The position numbers and the translations under genes were made by a program. The notes beneath the pieces were generated by a model, which did not search any database, was not told the origin of the DNA, and saw only the letters and a list, made by a program, of their open reading frames with translations. DNA of 30,317 nucleotides, from contig JBHJGN010000053.1 in assembly GCA_050331735.1 (NCBI GenBank), forward strand, positions 1 through 30,317, written 5' to 3'. Below are positions 1 to 9,393 of this stretch, in pieces. Numbering within the stretch: position 1 is the first letter of the stretch; every line of letters begins with the position of its first letter. Source of the stretch: Cyanophyceae cyanobacterium (GTDB taxonomy: Bacteria > Cyanobacteriota > Cyanobacteriia > Cyanobacteriales > JBHJGN01).

Positions 1-120
1 TGCAACTTTTCTGATCGAGCTATCACCTTTTTCTACGGCATCAATTATCTTTTCTCGCAAATCTAAGGAATAAGGCTTCATCTGGCAACTTATTTTTACA
101 ATACTAGAGATTGTCCCCTA
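1..120 (-). mobile_element. IS630-family element: left end and transposase N-terminus (ATG at 81, truncated by window start)
   Basis: Minus strand from 81 reads MKPYSLDLREKIIDAVEKGDSSIRKVA, a typical IS630 HTH N-terminus (YSxDLRxK). A TA at 119-120 is a plausible target site, but the exact end is inferred. Confidence 0.8.
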
Positions 121-176
121 TTTAGCTGCAAACTGCTGTAACTGATAGGTTGAAAAATCTTTAGCAATGAGAGGGG

Positions 177-1244
177 GTGATCGCCAGTACAGTAGTAAAG
201 AAGAAAACGAGCGACTCTATGATTAACTGGAATGCTTTAGCCGATTGTGCTCTAGCTGGCAAACAAATCTCCCGCGAACAAGCCTTGGCCACTCTTCGCG
301 CCCCGGATACGGTGCTGCTAGAGCAACTGGCGGCAGCGTACCGAGTCCGTCATCAAGCCTGGGGAAACCGTGTCCGGCTCCACTTCCTGATCAATGCTCA
401 AAGCGGTTTGTGTCCGGAGGACTGCCACTATTGCTCCCAGTCTAAAATTTCGACAGCACAGATTGAAAAGTATCCGCTGGTAGCCAAAGCACAGTTTCTA
501 GATGCGGCGGCTCGTGCTGCCGAGTTTAAGGCGGGGACGTTCTGCTTTGCTATTTCTGGTCGTTCGCCCAACGAAGCCGTCTTTTCTAAAATTTTAGAGG
601 CAGTCCGGGAGGTCAAAAGTCAATATCCCCTCAAAGTTTGCTGTAGCTTGGGATTACTAAGCGCTGAGCAAACCCAGCGCTTAGCAGCAGCGGGAGTCGA
701 TCGGGTCAATCATAACCTCAACACCTCAGAAGCTCATCACGCCAATATTTGCACCACTCATACCTTTCAAGATCGAGCGGCAACCGTTAAGAACGTCAAA
801 GCAGCAGGCATTACGACCTGTTCCGGCGGTATTCTCGGTATGGGAGAATCGGACGAAGATATTATCGACCTCGTGCTGGCTTTACGCGAACTCAATGTTA
901 CCAGCGTTCCGGTGAACTTTCTCCATCCAATTACAGGAACTCCTTTAGCGGGAATGCATGAACTGAACCCGCGTCGCTGCTTGCGTATACTTTGCCTGTT
1001 CCGTTTCCTGCTGCCCACCCAGGAGATTCGTATTGCTGGAGGAAGAGAACTTCATTTGCGATCGCTGCAACCTCTGGGGCTGTATCCGGCTAATTCTATC
1101 TTCATCGGCAACTACCTCACCACCGCCGGACAAGCGGCTCAGAAGGATTTAGAGATGATCCGAGACGCTGGCTTTGTGCTAGAAGCTCCCGATGGCTCTG
1201 TTGTGGAGAAACCGTTAAATGGTGCGGAGGCTTCTCTGGTGTAG
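177..1244 (+). CDS. bioB: biotin synthase (radical SAM); alternative start ATG 219
   Basis: [11 protein letters not shown] radical SAM motif, [43 protein letters not shown]. Confidence 0.95.
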   Translation: MIASTVVKKKTSDSMINWNALADCALAGKQISREQALATLRAPDTVLLEQLAAAYRVRHQAWGNRVRLHFLINAQSGLCPEDCHYCSQSKISTAQIEKYPLVAKAQFLDAAARAAEFKAGTFCFAISGRSPNEAVFSKILEAVREVKSQYPLKVCCSLGLLSAEQTQRLAAAGVDRVNHNLNTSEAHHANICTTHTFQDRAATVKNVKAAGITTCSGGILGMGESDEDIIDLVLALRELNVTSVPVNFLHPITGTPLAGMHELNPRRCLRILCLFRFLLPTQEIRIAGGRELHLRSLQPLGLYPANSIFIGNYLTTAGQAAQKDLEMIRDAGFVLEAPDGSVVEKPLNGAEASLV

Positions 1245-1443
1245 CGATCCTGGCTGCCTGACAGAAGTAAGTGAAAGGCAATGAGTGAGGGAACTTTGGA
1301 AAAAAGGGTAGTGAAACATGAGAGGCTAGAGCTAGCTTCTGCTTTTTCCCCAACCCAACTTAGCTCTGACGGCATTGCCTCAGCCTGATTGTTATGATAG
1401 TAGTTGCTGTACAAGTGTTTGAGGTGGTAAAAGGTAGAAGAAT

Positions 1444-1681
1444 CTACATCACTCTATCTTGACACCCCACCACCTTCTTCGCCTGACCGTGCTCGTCAAA
1501 CTCTAAACTGTAGCGATCGCCCTTCACCACTCTCGCCATCACCTCAGTCCTGAGTATCGGATCAGCCAACCACTGATTTAACTTCTTAAGTTCGTTCTTT
1601 GGCTCACGCTCTGATTTCTGCGGCTGCGTCATTTGAGTAGCAGGGGTGCTGCTCGCTGCGGTACTGCTCCCAGGCGATCGC
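1444..1681 (-). pseudogene. internally deleted fragment of a paralog of the 2323-3615 rep-like gene
   Basis: 1681..1631 encodes AIAWEQYRSEQHPCYSN, versus AIAWEQYRSEQYHRYSN at 2859..2809. It then jumps to the 62-aa frame, whose PKNELKK resembles SKDELKR at the end of the larger ORF. Confidence 0.7.
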
Positions 1682-1700
1682 GCTCTTCGTGCTTCTAGGT

Positions 1701-2018
1701 TCAGAGGATGGATTGCAGTGCTCGCTCGACTAGCGCATTCAAGCTAATCCCTTCCTTTTCAGCTTGAGCCGCTGCTTGCCGATGTAACGTTGGCGCAATC
1801 CGCAGGTTAAATCTCCCAGAATACGGCTTCTCAGGTTTTTTTCCCATTCTTTGGCAATCTTTTACATATTCATCAACGGCGTTGTGAAAAGACTGCTCTA
1901 GTTCCTCCACCGATGTTCCGTCAAAAGCAATCACGTCGCGAGTGTTGAGCACCCGGCCAACAAACAAACTATCCTCGTCATCGTATTCAATTCTCGCTTC
2001 ATAATCTTTGTACTTCAT
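1701..2018 (-). CDS. hicB: type II antitoxin HicB family
   Basis: MKYKDYEARIEYDDED...F.G.V....VIAFDG.SV.EL...F..AVDEY...C...GK.PEKPYSGRFNLRI.P.LH...A..A...GISLN (C-terminal RHH). Overlaps the hicA stop by 4 bp. Confidence 0.93.
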   Translation of the reverse strand: MKYKDYEARIEYDDEDSLFVGRVLNTRDVIAFDGTSVEELEQSFHNAVDEYVKDCQRMGKKPEKPYSGRFNLRIAPTLHRQAAAQAEKEGISLNALVERALQSIL

Positions 2019-2269
2019 CCCTCTACTCCTGCGTTATCTAGAAAATCTCTAACAGCTTTAACCTGGTATCGTTTTAGCTCCTTTTGCGGATGAGGGGAAT
2101 GAATATTGAGCGAAACGCCATTCAGATCAAATCTGACTCTCGAACCAGACCCCTGAAGTACCTCTCCTCCCAATCCTTTTACTAGAACCACCACATCACT
2201 CCAGTCAACATTGCGGCGAATTGGCTCAGCAAAAATTGCGTCATAGATTTTGCGGTGCTTCTTGTTCAT
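2015..2269 (-). CDS. hicA: type II toxin HicA family (mRNA interferase)
   Basis: MNKKHRKI..AIF..P....V.WSD...L..GLG......GSGSRVRF.L.G.....HSPHPQKELKRYQVK..R.FL, directly upstream of hicB. Confidence 0.93.
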   Translation of the reverse strand: MNKKHRKIYDAIFAEPIRRNVDWSDVVVLVKGLGGEVLQGSGSRVRFDLNGVSLNIHSPHPQKELKRYQVKAVRDFLDNAGVEG

Positions 2270-2288
2270 ACTTTTACAGTACCACTCT

Positions 2289-2318
2289 ATAGTACCAAGT
2301 TGATGCTAAACTTGTCAC
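2289..2318 (-). promoter_or_regulatory. probable hicAB promoter with overlapping autorepression operator
   Basis: Minus strand GTGACA-N18-TACTAT with an extended -10 TG. Imperfect inverted repeat TAGTACCA-N3-TGATGCTA (2290-2308) overlaps the -10; a second AGTACCA lies at 2278-2284. Confidence 0.55.
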
Positions 2319-2322
2319 TGTA

Positions 2323-3615
2323 TTATCGTTTCAGCTCGTCTTTTGACTTGTACATCGACAGCTTCTGCGCCAACTCCGCAAGCTTCTCCTTGAACTGTTG
2401 TGGTGTGACTTGCTCTCTTTCGACTGGCTGCGGTTTCCACTCTTTATAGGCATCGGGGTTTTCTGCAAAGCCATAGCTATCAGTGGGCAAAGATAATGAG
2501 CTGGAACTACCTTCAGATAGGACAGGAGCTACTTGAAAAGAGGAATTAGCTGTAGCACCAACAGTAAGCATTTCCTGATGGCTAGAAGCGATCACATCAA
2601 GCTTTGAGCTTCCAGGAAAAGCAATCACTTTCGCCGGTAACACAGGCATCGCCATACCTTTAGACCCAAAGCCAACTCGCTCACTCTGTCCTACAGCGGT
2701 CGCACTCATCTCTTCCGGTAGCCCCTCAGTTATCGCCCTCGCATAAGCTAATAACTGCTGCTGTTCTTCCGCCTGAATTGGCATCCCACTCTGCACTCGC
2801 AAAGCTGCGTTAGAGTAACGATGGTATTGCTCCGATCGGTACTGTTCCCAAGCTATAGCTAAGTTTGCTGCGTCCTTTTTGAAGTGGCGTAAAACATCAC
2901 TGCGCTTTTTGTGGATGTCGCCACCATAAGCTTTGATCCAGTCACGAGCTTGCCAGTCTACAAAGTTGGGATCGAGTTTGCCATCAACTAACCAAGGTCC
3001 ATCAGGAACCCAATCGAATTGTCGCTGCTGCCTGGACTTGCGTTCTTCAGGAGGACGAACAGCTTCAGTCGTCAAGGAACAGTTAGCAGTAATCAGTGGT
3101 GACGAGCTTTTTCCGGTAGAAACTGGGCTATTTTCCCCTAGCCGTTTGCTTGATGACTGTTGACCGATGACTGTTGACTGACCTGCTTTGTGTTTCTTAA
3201 CGTTGCACGGCGGCGGGGCGGAAGATCTGTCCTCACTCGGATTGAACTTTTCTTCCAAGCAGCCAGAGCAATCCGGTTTGTGAGGTAGGGAGTTTAAACT
3301 GCCCTCAAGTTCATCAGGAGCTAGAGCTGTTTGACCTGATTCTTCTTCCAGCTTGATTTGCTGATTTTCTTCCCCTCTCTCTTCCTACTCCCTTGGGGGA
3401 GTAAGAGGGGGATTATTTAAATCATTTATTATTTCTAGATCATTATTTATTAGCGGCGTGTTTCTCGACGGACGAGGTTCCCGACAGTCGGTTTTGCCGT
3501 CGGTCAGGTTTACCGTCGAACGGGGTTCCCGCTGAACGGGTTTTCGGTTCGACGGAGAATCATCCGGGTTCTCCTTCCATTGCCGACAATCTTCCGGTGT
3601 CTCGAAAATATAGGA
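2323..3615 (-). pseudogene. 5'-truncated phage/plasmid replication-initiator-like gene with an in-frame TAG at 3387-3385
   Basis: The frame of the 311-aa ORF stays open upstream of 3258, through one TAG, to about 3615 (SYIFETPEDC...PLINNDLEIINDLNNPPLTPPRE*EERGEE). The Y-I-F-E-x-P, N-rich and PPLTPP segments resemble initiator linker regions, and an iteron-like array lies inside. Confidence 0.6.
3460..3555 (-). repeat. six tandem degenerate 16-bp repeats (iteron-like)
   Basis: Minus-strand units: ccgtcgaaccgaaaac, ccgttcagcgggaacc, ccgttcgacggtaaac, ctgaccgacggcaaaa, ccgactgtcgggaacc, tcgtccgtcgagaaac. Consensus about CCG-N5-CGG-N-AA-(A/C)-C. Confidence 0.8.
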
Positions 3616-3729
3616 TTTCTATAAGCCTTTCCCTTTTAAGAGCCAACTCTTTGTTAGTTAGGAGAACTATCTCACTACTTTCGGTAAATGGTATTATTTC
3701 AATACATTTGTATCACGCAAGGCGGAAGG

Positions 3730-4356
3730 ATGAGACAGAGACCTCTAGTAATTTGCATTGGGTTGCCAAAAACTGGGACGACGAGCCTTTGTGCAGCTCT
3801 CAGTGAATGTGGATACAGCAATATAATTCATTGCCCGCACCGTCTTGCATTTGAAGACGATGAGATTCAAAAAGCAACTCTAGAGCAAGCTGATGTGGTT
3901 GCTGAAATCTTTGGGCTTTTAGACTTCAAAAAGCTTAAAGCTTAGTTCCCGGATGCCAAACTGATCTGCACCGAACGTGAAATTTCATCCTGGCTAGATT
4001 CCTGTTCAAGACAATTTGCTCCAGACTTATCAGCTGACGAGATCATCTATGATGGTGAGCCACTGCGACGGGGGCGTGAACTCCGTTTTGGGCAACCATA
4101 CTTCAGCGAGGAGAGATTTCGAGAAATTTACAACGAGCATACATGTAGAGTTCAAGAGTACCTTGAGGCTCATCCAGACGAAGAAATTCTGCGGTTGAAT
4201 GTCTTTGAAGGAGATGGCTATGCCAAACTCAAGCCATTCTTAGGGCTTGATGTGGAGAAGCATAAGCCTTTCCCCTATAAAAATAAGAATATTGAGGATA
4301 CGGTACACATGCAGTTAAATCCGCAACAGCAATATACTTGCAGCTTTAGCGGTTGA
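3730..4356 (+). pseudogene. sulfotransferase (Sulfotransfer_4-like) interrupted by TAG at 3943-3945
   Basis: GLPKTGTTSL PAPS-binding loop. The same frame continues past the TAG as FPDAKLICTERE.SSWLDS...Y.EH..RV...EGDGY.KL.PFLG....PFPYKN, ending at TGA 4354-4356. Confidence 0.85.
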
Positions 4357-4367
4357 AAGCATTTTAT

Positions 4368-4686
4368 GGTAGTGTTGAACAGGTAATGATGCATTGTAGT
4401 GGTGAATAAAGTTCCACAGCAAGCCAATGTGGTTTGTCACACTCTTTGAAAACGCCAAACTGCGCCGGACAAACCGTGACACGCGCTGCCTGAGAGTGCA
4501 GTTGAACCGTTCTATATAACTCGTCCTGCCGCTATCTTTGTTGACCACTTGATGTCGCTTGCGGGGCAAATCCCCTTGATAAGCTTCCCAGTCGTCTGTA
4601 TAAATCACAGCGCACTGCCGATAGACTTTTGGTAGTGAAGCCCACAACCGCTTGGCGCTCTCTCGGCTGCGGTCGCCTACATAGGC
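4368..4686 (-). mobile_element. IS1-family transposase (InsB) 3' remnant with its terminal inverted repeat
   Basis: AYVGDRSRESAKRLWASLPKVYRQCAVIYTDDWEAY...GRTSYIERFNCTLRQRVSRFVRRSLAFSK...HHYNASLPV. An IS1-type end GGTAGTG starts at 4368; the 5' half is missing. Confidence 0.88.
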
Positions 4687-4707
4687 ATAGATCTGTTGAA
4701 CTAAGCC

Positions 4708-4782
4708 TTGTTAGTGTTAAATCCATTTCGAGACATACCGATCCTGACAGTTCAAGAGTTTTTGGAATCAGAATTATTCTAA
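4708..4782 (+). pseudogene. C-terminal remnant of a PIN-family putative toxin
   Basis: Reads LLVLNPFRDIPILTVQEFLESELF*, resembling the (D)LLVLNPFRGIPILT.xEFL C-terminus of PIN_3-type proteins. Only 24 codons. Confidence 0.5.
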
Positions 4783-4887
4783 ATGCTAGTGAATAGCAGG
4801 CTAGCACCACGTTGGAGTGGGTTGTAGAATATTAAATTGGCGTAATTTACGCTAACACTGCTCAATCTGAGATTACTAAGTCAATTT

Positions 4888-6030
4888 ATGGGGCGTACCA
4901 AATCAGCAGGGCGATCGCCTATTTACACCACCTTTCCTCTATCAGAATATAGCGAAATTATTGACGTGCGATCGCCTGGAGAATTCACAGAAGATCGTAT
5001 TCCTGGGGCAGTTAACTTGCCAGTGCTCGACAACGAAGAACGAGCCAAAGTGGGGACGCTCTACAAACAGTCCCCCTTTGAAGCCCGTAAACTAGGAGCC
5101 TCTATTGTCTCTCAAAATATTGCTCAACACCTCAGCACTTACTTAGCAACGAAAGATAAGAGCTACTCGCCGCTCGTTTATTGCTGGCGAGGCGGACAGC
5201 GTTCTCATAGTTTCGCCCTCGTGCTCACTCAAATTGGCTGGCAGGTAACGGTGCTAGAAGGCGGCTATAAAACCTATCGTGCATACGTCCGCGAGCAACT
5301 GTCTCAACTGCCTCAGCGCTTTACTTACCAAGTGCTGTGCGGTTTAACGGGGACGGGGAAAACCCATATCCTCCAGCGGTTAGCTCAGCGAGGAGTGCAG
5401 GTTCTTGATTTGGAAGGATTAGCCAACCATCGCGGTTCTTTGTTAGGTCAAGCCTGGGACGACAAGCTAGAGCCGCAGCCCTCGCAAAAGCGATTTGAAT
5501 CTCTACTGCTGCAACAGCTACAGTCCTTCGAGGAGAATCAGACAGTATGGGTAGAGTCGGAGAGCAACAAAATTGGTGATGTTCATTTACCTCCAACTCT
5601 CTGGGACAAAATGAAGCAGGCACAATGTATAGAAGTGCAGCTTGCTCAGCGAGAAAGGGTGGAGTTCCTGTTGCAGGAATATCCTCATTTAGTCAACTAT
5701 CCTCATCTGCTTAAAACTCAGCTACAGCAGCTCAAGTCTCGCTACGGTGGTTGCAAGCTGAACGAGTGGTTGAGGCTGATTGATGAAGGCAAATGGTACG
5801 CTTTGGTCGCAGATTTATTAGAAAGCCACTATGATCCTGCCTATTCGCGGTCGATGCGCCAAACGTTTCAACACCCAGAAAAGAAACTCAAGCTTGCTGA
5901 TTTATCTGCTAGCAGTGTTGAAGCGGCGTTAGACGTTTTGTGCAGTAGCAGCAGCGCTGCAGGCGCGGGGAAAGGGAAAAAAGCAGCGAAGCTGCGGGCA
6001 AAGGGCAAAGGGGAAGGGGGAAAGGAGTAA
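4888..6030 (+). CDS. mnmH: tRNA 2-selenouridine synthase / geranyltransferase
   Basis: Rhodanese domain (IDVRSPGEF, YCWRGGQRS, LEGGYKTYR), P-loop GLTGTGKT, DLEGLANHRGS, PSQKRFES, ESESNKIG, HYDPAY. Confidence 0.93.
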   Translation: MGRTKSAGRSPIYTTFPLSEYSEIIDVRSPGEFTEDRIPGAVNLPVLDNEERAKVGTLYKQSPFEARKLGASIVSQNIAQHLSTYLATKDKSYSPLVYCWRGGQRSHSFALVLTQIGWQVTVLEGGYKTYRAYVREQLSQLPQRFTYQVLCGLTGTGKTHILQRLAQRGVQVLDLEGLANHRGSLLGQAWDDKLEPQPSQKRFESLLLQQLQSFEENQTVWVESESNKIGDVHLPPTLWDKMKQAQCIEVQLAQRERVEFLLQEYPHLVNYPHLLKTQLQQLKSRYGGCKLNEWLRLIDEGKWYALVADLLESHYDPAYSRSMRQTFQHPEKKLKLADLSASSVEAALDVLCSSSSAAGAGKGKKAAKLRAKGKGEGGKE

Positions 6031-6198
6031 TGAAACAGTTTGTTTCTTAATCCTATGTTCTGCTTGGTGCGCGAGCGCAACCCGCCGTCCAACAACGGCG
6101 CTATCGCATTCGCTTTTCCCGTCGCGGAGCGACTAATGTCCCTTTACCCGTCCCGGAGGGACATTTTTCCCTTTCCCCCTTCCCCGTCGCGGAGGGAC
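5967..6198. repeat. purine-rich short repeats with a 16-bp inverted repeat and GNA-loop mini-hairpins between convergent mnmH and pgk
   Basis: GGGGAAGGGGGAAAGG (6010-6025) is the exact reverse complement of 6170-6185. Hairpins: GCAGC-GAA-GCTGC (5983), GTCGC-GGA-GCGAC (6121), GTCCC-GGA-GGGAC (6150), and imperfect GTCGC-GGA-GGGAC (6186). Confidence 0.75.
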
Positions 6199-6204
6199 GT
6201 AGAT

Positions 6205-7410
6205 CTACGCTTCATCAAGAGCCACGATTCCCGGCAGCTCTTTTCCTTCGAGCAGTTCTAGGCTAGCACCGCCGCCAGTGGAAATGTGGCTCATCTGATT
6301 CGCCACGCCTACTTTCTCCACCGCCGCGACCGAATCACCACCGCCAATGATGGTAGTTGCGCCTTTTCCGGTTAATTCAGCCAACGTGCGGGCAATGGCT
6401 TCCGTTCCCTTGGCAAACTGGTCGAACTCAAACACGCCCATCGGTCCGTTCCAAATCACGGTTTTACAGTCCGATAAAGCGTCCTGGAATACTTTAATAG
6501 AATCAGGACCAATATCTAAACCCATCCAGCCATCGGGAATATTTTCGACGCTCACGGTTTGAGAGTTCGCGTCAGCGGAAAAGTTATCGGCGACGACAAC
6601 ATCAGTAGGTAGCAGAAGCTCGACTCCTTGCTCCTTTGCCTTCGCTTCTAAGGATTTTGCCAGCTCTAGCTTGTCTTCTTCAACCAAAGATTTGCCAACG
6701 TTAATCCCGCGAGCTTTATAGAAGGTGAAAATCATGCCGCCGCCGATGAGGAGCTTGTCGCATTTTTCAAGCAAAGTTTCAATCACGCCAATTTTGCTGG
6801 AAACTTTAGAGCCACCGATAATCGATGCTAGAGGAGGCTGAGGGTTCTCGACGGCGTTCTGAAGATAGTTTAGTTCCTTCTCAATTAAGTATCCGCCAAC
6901 AGCAGGACTGAGGTGGTGAGTCACGCCTTCAGTGGAAGCGTGAGCGCGGTGAGCCGTACCAAAAGCGTCGTTGACGTATAAATCTGCATTAGCGGCTAGC
7001 TGCTTGGCAAACTCGGCATCGTTACTTTCCTCTTCGGCGTGGAAACGCAGATTTTCGAGGAGCGCGATATCTCCATTGTTCATCTGATTGATGGTCGCGG
7101 TGACCGACTCTCCCACGCAGTCGTCACACATCTTCACCTCTTGCCCCAGTAACTCTGAAAGGCGCTTGGCAACGGGGGCTAAACGGAGATTATCTTTAAC
7201 CTGTCCTTTTGGACGACCCATGTGGCTACAGAGAATAACCTTGGCCCCTTTTTTAACTAAATCTTGAATGGTTGGCAGTGCCGCCCGAATGCGGGTATCG
7301 TCAGAAATCTGACCGCCATCGTCTAACGGCACATTGAAATCGGCCCGTACTAAAACACGCTTTCCGGATAGGTCGGATTCCGATAAATTTGCTACAGTTT
7401 TTTTGGGCAC
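6205..7410 (-). CDS. pgk: phosphoglycerate kinase (likely GTG start at 7410)
   Basis: [77 protein letters not shown] lies 9 nt before GTG 7410. Confidence 0.97.
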   Translation of the reverse strand: MPKKTVANLSESDLSGKRVLVRADFNVPLDDGGQISDDTRIRAALPTIQDLVKKGAKVILCSHMGRPKGQVKDNLRLAPVAKRLSELLGQEVKMCDDCVGESVTATINQMNNGDIALLENLRFHAEEESNDAEFAKQLAANADLYVNDAFGTAHRAHASTEGVTHHLSPAVGGYLIEKELNYLQNAVENPQPPLASIIGGSKVSSKIGVIETLLEKCDKLLIGGGMIFTFYKARGINVGKSLVEEDKLELAKSLEAKAKEQGVELLLPTDVVVADNFSADANSQTVSVENIPDGWMGLDIGPDSIKVFQDALSDCKTVIWNGPMGVFEFDQFAKGTEAIARTLAELTGKGATTIIGGGDSVAAVEKVGVANQMSHISTGGGASLELLEGKELPGIVALDEA

Positions 7411-7555
7411 AGCCAATTTCCTCCTAATTGCGTTTGTGGTCTCAAAGCTTCAATCAGTAAACTGATGGTTTAATTCACCCTGATGATTAAATAAATGAGG
7501 GCGCGATTGTTTCTATGCCGATTGTACCGGAGTGAGTGTACCGGAGGGAAAGAGA

Positions 7556-7963
7556 ATGTTTAAAACAGTTCTGTTTTCAATTGACCAAAGCCGAGAAGCC
7601 CGCGAAGCCGTAGATACGGTTGTCGATCTTGTTACGAGATATGACAGTCGCCTGGTGCTGTTATCGGTGGTAGAGCCACCCAAACAAGAGTCCACTGATC
7701 CTGGCGTCATGAGTTCCACGACAGCCGTTGCTAAGCTGCTAGCAGAAGCTCAAGCTCTCTTTACTGAAAAAGGAATTCAAGCAGAAGTCATTGAGCGAGA
7801 AGGCATGCCTTCGTTTACGATTTGCGATGTTGCTGACGAGATTGACGCGAACCTCATTGTGATGGGCTGTCGAGGGTTGGGTTTAACGGAGGAAGGAGCC
7901 GAGGATAGCATCACCCATCGAGTGATTAATCTATCGCCCTGTCCGGTTTTGGTGGTTCCATAA
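7556..7963 (+). CDS. universal stress protein (USP)
   Basis: [12 protein letters not shown]...[22 protein letters not shown]...[24 protein letters not shown] upstream. Confidence 0.9.
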   Translation: MFKTVLFSIDQSREAREAVDTVVDLVTRYDSRLVLLSVVEPPKQESTDPGVMSSTTAVAKLLAEAQALFTEKGIQAEVIEREGMPSFTICDVADEIDANLIVMGCRGLGLTEEGAEDSITHRVINLSPCPVLVVP

Positions 7964-7967
7964 ATTC

Positions 7968-8942
7968 ATGAAGATCGTTTTTTTTGGCACTCCTCAATTT
8001 GCTGTCCCAACTCTAGAGCGTCTGCTGGCGCATCCAGAGTTTGAGGTGGCGGCGGTTGTGACTCAGCCCGACAAACGACGGGGGCGAGGCAAGCAAACCA
8101 CACCGTCTGCGGTGAAGAAAGTTGCGCTCGCTCATCAGATTCCGGTATGGCAGCCGCCGCGCATTAAGCAGGATAGCGAAACCATCACTAAACTCGAGGC
8201 GGGGGCGGATGCTTTTGTTGTCGTTGCCTACGGACAAATTCTCTCCGCAAAAATTTTAGCAATTCCGGCGCTTGGCTGTATTAATGTTCACGGCTCTATC
8301 CTGCCCAAATACCGCGGAGCAGCTCCGATTCAGTGGAGCTTGTACAATGGAGATTCAGAAACGGGAATCACCACGATGCAGATGGACCGGGGCATGGATA
8401 CGGGTCTGATGCTGCTTAAAGCCACTACGCCTATTGGTCTTTTAGAGAATGCCCATCAGCTTGCGGTCAGGTTATCAGCTATGGGAGCAGATTTACTGAT
8501 AGAAACGCTGCTCAAGCTGAAGCGTCAAGAGGTGAAACCGATTCCCCAAGACGACTCCCAGGCGACCTATGCTCCTCTAATTCAGAAAGCAGATTACAGA
8601 CTAGACTGGTCGCGTTCGGCCATCGAGCTACACAATCACATCCGGGGCTTTTTCCCCAACTGCGTTACGTCCTTTAGAAATCAGCCGTTAAAAGTTTTGT
8701 CAACCGTGCCTTTAGGAGAGAAATATTGGCCGCAGCTTCCGCCAGAACTACGCTACAGGAATAGTTCATCCCCTGAGCATCCCGGAACCGTTGTTCAGAC
8801 CGTTAAAAAACTTGGATTTTTGGTTCAAACTGGGGCAGGAACGCTGCTGCTGCGAGAAGTTCAGCCCTCTGGAAAACGTCCTCAGTCGGGCTGGGATTTT
8901 GCTAACGGGATGCGTCTGTCTTTAGGAGAGCGATTGAGCTAG
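7968..8942 (+). CDS. fmt: methionyl-tRNA formyltransferase
   Basis: [54 protein letters not shown]. Confidence 0.96.
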   Translation: MKIVFFGTPQFAVPTLERLLAHPEFEVAAVVTQPDKRRGRGKQTTPSAVKKVALAHQIPVWQPPRIKQDSETITKLEAGADAFVVVAYGQILSAKILAIPALGCINVHGSILPKYRGAAPIQWSLYNGDSETGITTMQMDRGMDTGLMLLKATTPIGLLENAHQLAVRLSAMGADLLIETLLKLKRQEVKPIPQDDSQATYAPLIQKADYRLDWSRSAIELHNHIRGFFPNCVTSFRNQPLKVLSTVPLGEKYWPQLPPELRYRNSSSPEHPGTVVQTVKKLGFLVQTGAGTLLLREVQPSGKRPQSGWDFANGMRLSLGERLS

Positions 8943-9286
8943 GAAGCTTCGTAGAAGCGACAGCCCTGGCAAGGGCCCTCGGGGTTGACGGCGCAGCGCA
9001 GCATTTCTGAGTGAGCATTGAAGCGACAGGTCGCCTCTCCGACGACCCAGCGACCGTTGAGCAGGCTTTTTTCGCTTGGTCGCGTGGCTGACTGCACGTG
9101 CAGAGAAATTTTGTGCAGACAATACTGGCCTGCTCTGTATTGATAGTGATGGTGACGCTCGAGGACAAGGTAGGTTTGGTCGTAAATGTCTAGATAGTGA
9201 CCGGGTTGGGGCATCCAGTCGAGCTGAAATTTGCCCAGAGACTGACGGGGATGCGCGAGCATGACCTCTGTCAGAAGAGAGTCCAT
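8939..9286 (-). CDS. conserved cyanobacterial protein (DUF6464-like)
   Basis: PQPG.YL...[18 protein letters not shown] and [23 protein letters not shown] motifs. Confidence 0.75.
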   Translation of the reverse strand: MDSLLTEVMLAHPRQSLGKFQLDWMPQPGHYLDIYDQTYLVLERHHHYQYRAGQYCLHKISLHVQSATRPSEKSLLNGRWVVGEATCRFNAHSEMLRCAVNPEGPCQGCRFYEAS

Positions 9287-9393
9287 AAAACTTGCTGGGG
9301 AAAGCTACATTAAGAAATGTTAGCGCGATCGCCGCCGACTGAGATTGAAGCCCAGCTAGAAGCAAGCCCTTCAGGTTGCCTGCTTCCTGGTGA

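Noticed and set aside
3460..3555. Possible CRISPR array
   Set aside because: The units are contiguous degenerate 16-mers without spacers, and there are no cas genes.
8939..8942. 4-bp convergent stop overlaps (fmt/DUF6464-like; also 25981-25984)
   Set aside because: A common arrangement in bacterial genomes, with no evidence of a regulatory role.
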